DNA of 64,000 nucleotides from a bacterium (GTDB lineage Bacteria; Planctomycetota; UBA1135; UBA2386): NCBI GenBank assembly GCA_030432695.1, contig JAUILN010000011.1, positions 88,950 to 152,949 of the forward strand, read 5' to 3'. Shown piece by piece: positions 62,349 to 64,000 of this stretch (position 1 is its first letter; each line of letters starts with the position of its first letter). The notes under the pieces were generated by a model. It saw only the letters and a program-made list of their open reading frames with translations, ran no database searches and was not told where the DNA came from. The position numbers and the translations under genes were made by a program.

Positions 62349-64000
62349 ATGAACGACCCGCACGACACGAATTCTCCGCACGAGGACGGGCTCGACCGGA
62401 CCCAGGCCCGCCCGGGTCGGCGAAGCGACGCGAGCCCGGGGGACGCCACCGAGGGCGAACGGACGATTCGACGACGCCCGGATCCGGGAGCATCCGAACC
62501 GGACGCCACGATCGCGCGACCGGGCGGGAAGCAGCCCCGCGGAAGCTCCCGAGACGGCGACACGGCACCGAGCGACGGCACCCGGATCCGCAGGCCCGGC
62601 CGGGACGACGGCACTCGCATCCGACCGCGCAGGCCGACGTCCGATGACGCCGGCCCTGAGGTCGAGGCGACGATCCGACGCGGCAAGGACAAGCGCAGTA
62701 ACGACCCGCTGATCGGCAAGGTCCTCGGCGGCTGCCGCATCGACGAGAAGCTCGGCGAGGGTGGCATGGGCACGGTGTACCGCGCCCGCCAGCTCGACCT
62801 CGACCGCGACGTCGCGATCAAGACCATCCGGCCCGAGCACGCCGCCGACGAGGAGTCGCTGAAGCGCTTCCAGCGCGAGGCACGCGCGGTCGGCAAGTTC
62901 CGCACGCAGCACGTCGTCCAGGTCTACCAGGTCGGCAACGAGCAGGGCGTCCCGTTCATCGTCCTGGAGTATCTCGCCGGCGGCAGCCTGGCCGACTACG
63001 CCGAGCGCCAGGACGAACAGCGGATCTGCGCGGACGACGCGGTCCGCTTCCTCCGCGAAGCGGCACTCGCGCTCTCCGATGCCGCGGAGAAAGGACTCGT
63101 CCACCGCGACATCAAGCCCGACAACCTGCTGCTGGACGAGAACGACGTCGTGAAGATCGCCGACTTCGGGATCTCCAAGATGGTCGCGCAGGACGTCTCG
63201 ATGACGCTGACCGTGGGCGGGATCATCGGCACTCCGATGTACATGAGCCCCGAGCAGTGCCGCGGCGACGTCATCGACTTCCGCAGCGACATGTGGTCGC
63301 TCGGCGCGACGTTCTTCTACCTGCTGACCGGCAAGCCACCCGCGAAGGGTTCGTCGATCCTCGAGCTGATCCAGACCAAGAACAAGGTCCGCAACCTCGA
63401 CCCTTCGAAGATCCTGCCCGACGAGATCCCCGGCCCGCTCAGTCAGATCATCCGCCGACTGACGATGCTGGAGCCCGCGGCGCGGTATGCGAGCTACGAC
63501 GAGCTGCTGAGCGATCTCGACGCGGCCGACGCCGGACGTCGCGTTGGCGGCGGCAAGCTGCTGGCGACGCTGGCGCGCTGGTCGATGGCGTTCGTGGTCC
63601 TGGGGGGCGGCGGCTACGCGGGCTACCACTACCGCGCGGAGATCGGTGAGGCGATCGACTCCCTCCTCCAGGATCAGGACAAGGATCGCTCGGAGGTCCT
63701 CGACGCACACGAGAAAGCGCTCGACGGGTTCGAGCAGAAGCTGCAGGCCTCCACGGACCAATCGCATCTCGACAAGCTCGACGAGGAACTCGTCGAGCTG
63801 CGCGAGACGATCGCCGCGGAGCAAGGCCTCGGCGAGAACGCCGCCCACGCCGCCGACTACGCGGCTGTCCTGGTGCGACTCGACGGCATCCGGGTAGCCG
63901 CGCTGTCGCAAGGCATGGACCGGCTCGAATCAGACCCGATCGCGACTCGGGAGCACTGCGAGACGGTTGCGGGCTCACTCGACGAGGTCGCGCTTCGCCT
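62349..64000 (+). CDS. ppkA: PpkA-like Ser/Thr protein kinase with TM segment, 3' end beyond window
   Basis: The frame is open to the window end, so it is absent from the track. It starts at the first ATG, 62349, after GGAAGG. Hand translation gives GEGGMGTVYRA, AIK, HRDIKPDNLL, DFGISK and GTPMYMSPEQ kinase motifs. The TM segment WSMAFVVLGGGGYAGY follows, then a coiled-coil region. Confidence 0.9.
   Translation, partial: MNDPHDTNSPHEDGLDRTQARPGRRSDASPGDATEGERTIRRRPDPGASEPDATIARPGGKQPRGSSRDGDTAPSDGTRIRRPGRDDGTRIRPRRPTSDDAGPEVEATIRRGKDKRSNDPLIGKVLGGCRIDEKLGEGGMGTVYRARQLDLDRDVAIKTIRPEHAADEESLKRFQREARAVGKFRTQHVVQVYQVGNEQGVPFIVLEYLAGGSLADYAERQDEQRICADDAVRFLREAALALSDAAEKGLVHRDIKPDNLLLDENDVVKIADFGISKMVAQDVSMTLTVGGIIGTPMYMSPEQCRGDVIDFRSDMWSLGATFFYLLTGKPPAKGSSILELIQTKNKVRNLDPSKILPDEIPGPLSQIIRRLTMLEPAARYASYDELLSDLDAADAGRRVGGGKLLATLARWSMAFVVLGGGGYAGYHYRAEIGEAIDSLLQDQDKDRSEVLDAHEKALDGFEQKLQASTDQSHLDKLDEELVELRETIAAEQGLGENAAHAADYAAVLVRLDGIRVAALSQGMDRLESDPIATREHCETVAGSLDEVALR

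Larger units (their letters stand above)
29717..64000. other. Type VI secretion system gene cluster (continues beyond window end)
   Basis: All 13 core components (tssA-M, with hcp, vgrG and clpV) are individually recognisable, as listed below. The accessory genes tagF, tagJ, tagH/fha and ppkA, plus DUF4123 and DUF4280 genes, are also present. Confidence 0.95.

Noticed and set aside
61374-63911. 845-aa minus-strand ORF antisense to the FG-GAP and kinase genes
   Set aside because: It spans an intergenic region and is antisense to two motif-rich genes, so it is a shadow ORF.
1-64000. Search for CRISPR arrays, rRNA/tRNA genes, transposases, integrases or prophage genes
   Set aside because: I found no regularly spaced direct repeats. 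The only tandem or dyad repeats are the two short ones reported above. There are no recombinase or transposase motifs and no rRNA-like or cloverleaf-compatible sequence. The T6SS cluster borders show no obvious mobility genes within the window.

Overview
This is a high-GC bacterial chromosomal window (about 65-70% G+C by eye, not computed). The six-frame track is therefore full of long Arg/Gly/Pro-rich shadow ORFs, and I kept only frames with protein-like composition or motifs I recognise. All starts were re-evaluated by hand; the track also translates GTG/TTG starts as M.

Left part, about 1-29.6 kb: this is a mixed accessory and metabolic region. It holds three paralogous secreted ELWxxDGT-repeat proteins (one truncated by the window edge and absent from the track) and a PD40/WD40-like propeller. 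It also holds several orphan proteins, a cupin / DUF993-like / long NRAMP transporter group, and an Old-Yellow-Enzyme-type flavin oxidoreductase. Further genes are an LVIVD-repeat propeller translationally coupled to a TPR + thioredoxin-fold protein, a multicopper oxidase with no visible signal peptide, an enolase-superfamily enzyme and a carboxylesterase. One further gene encodes a membrane-anchored double-AAA+ Clp-like ATPase with a GGQ-less release-factor-like C-terminus.

Right part, 29.7 kb to the window end: this is an apparently complete type VI secretion system (T6SS) cluster with imp-like synteny. On the minus strand the order is tagH(fha)-tssJ-tssK-tssL-tssM-tagF-tssA-tssB-tssC-tssC'-tagJ-tssE-tssF-tssG-clpV-hcp. 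After hcp come a CxxCxxCC metal-binding protein, a divergent beta-barrel lipoprotein, vgrG, a DUF4123 adaptor and a convergent DUF4280 (PAAR-like) gene. At the distal edge sits an unusual fused TssB-TssC-like sheath paralog. On the other side of the cluster lie an FG-GAP lipoprotein and a PpkA-like Ser/Thr kinase that runs off the window.

The most interesting items are:
- the fused, terminally truncated sheath paralog;
- the effector-less vgrG/DUF4123/DUF4280 module;
- the CxxCxxCC protein embedded in the T6SS operon;
- the AAA+/release-factor fusion;
- a pair of 37-bp palindromic elements upstream of the oxidase;
- a phased GANTC array in the 555-bp fha/FG-GAP divergent region.

I saw no rRNA, tRNA, CRISPR array, transposase or integrase. 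All homology calls are by-eye motif recognition, not searches.
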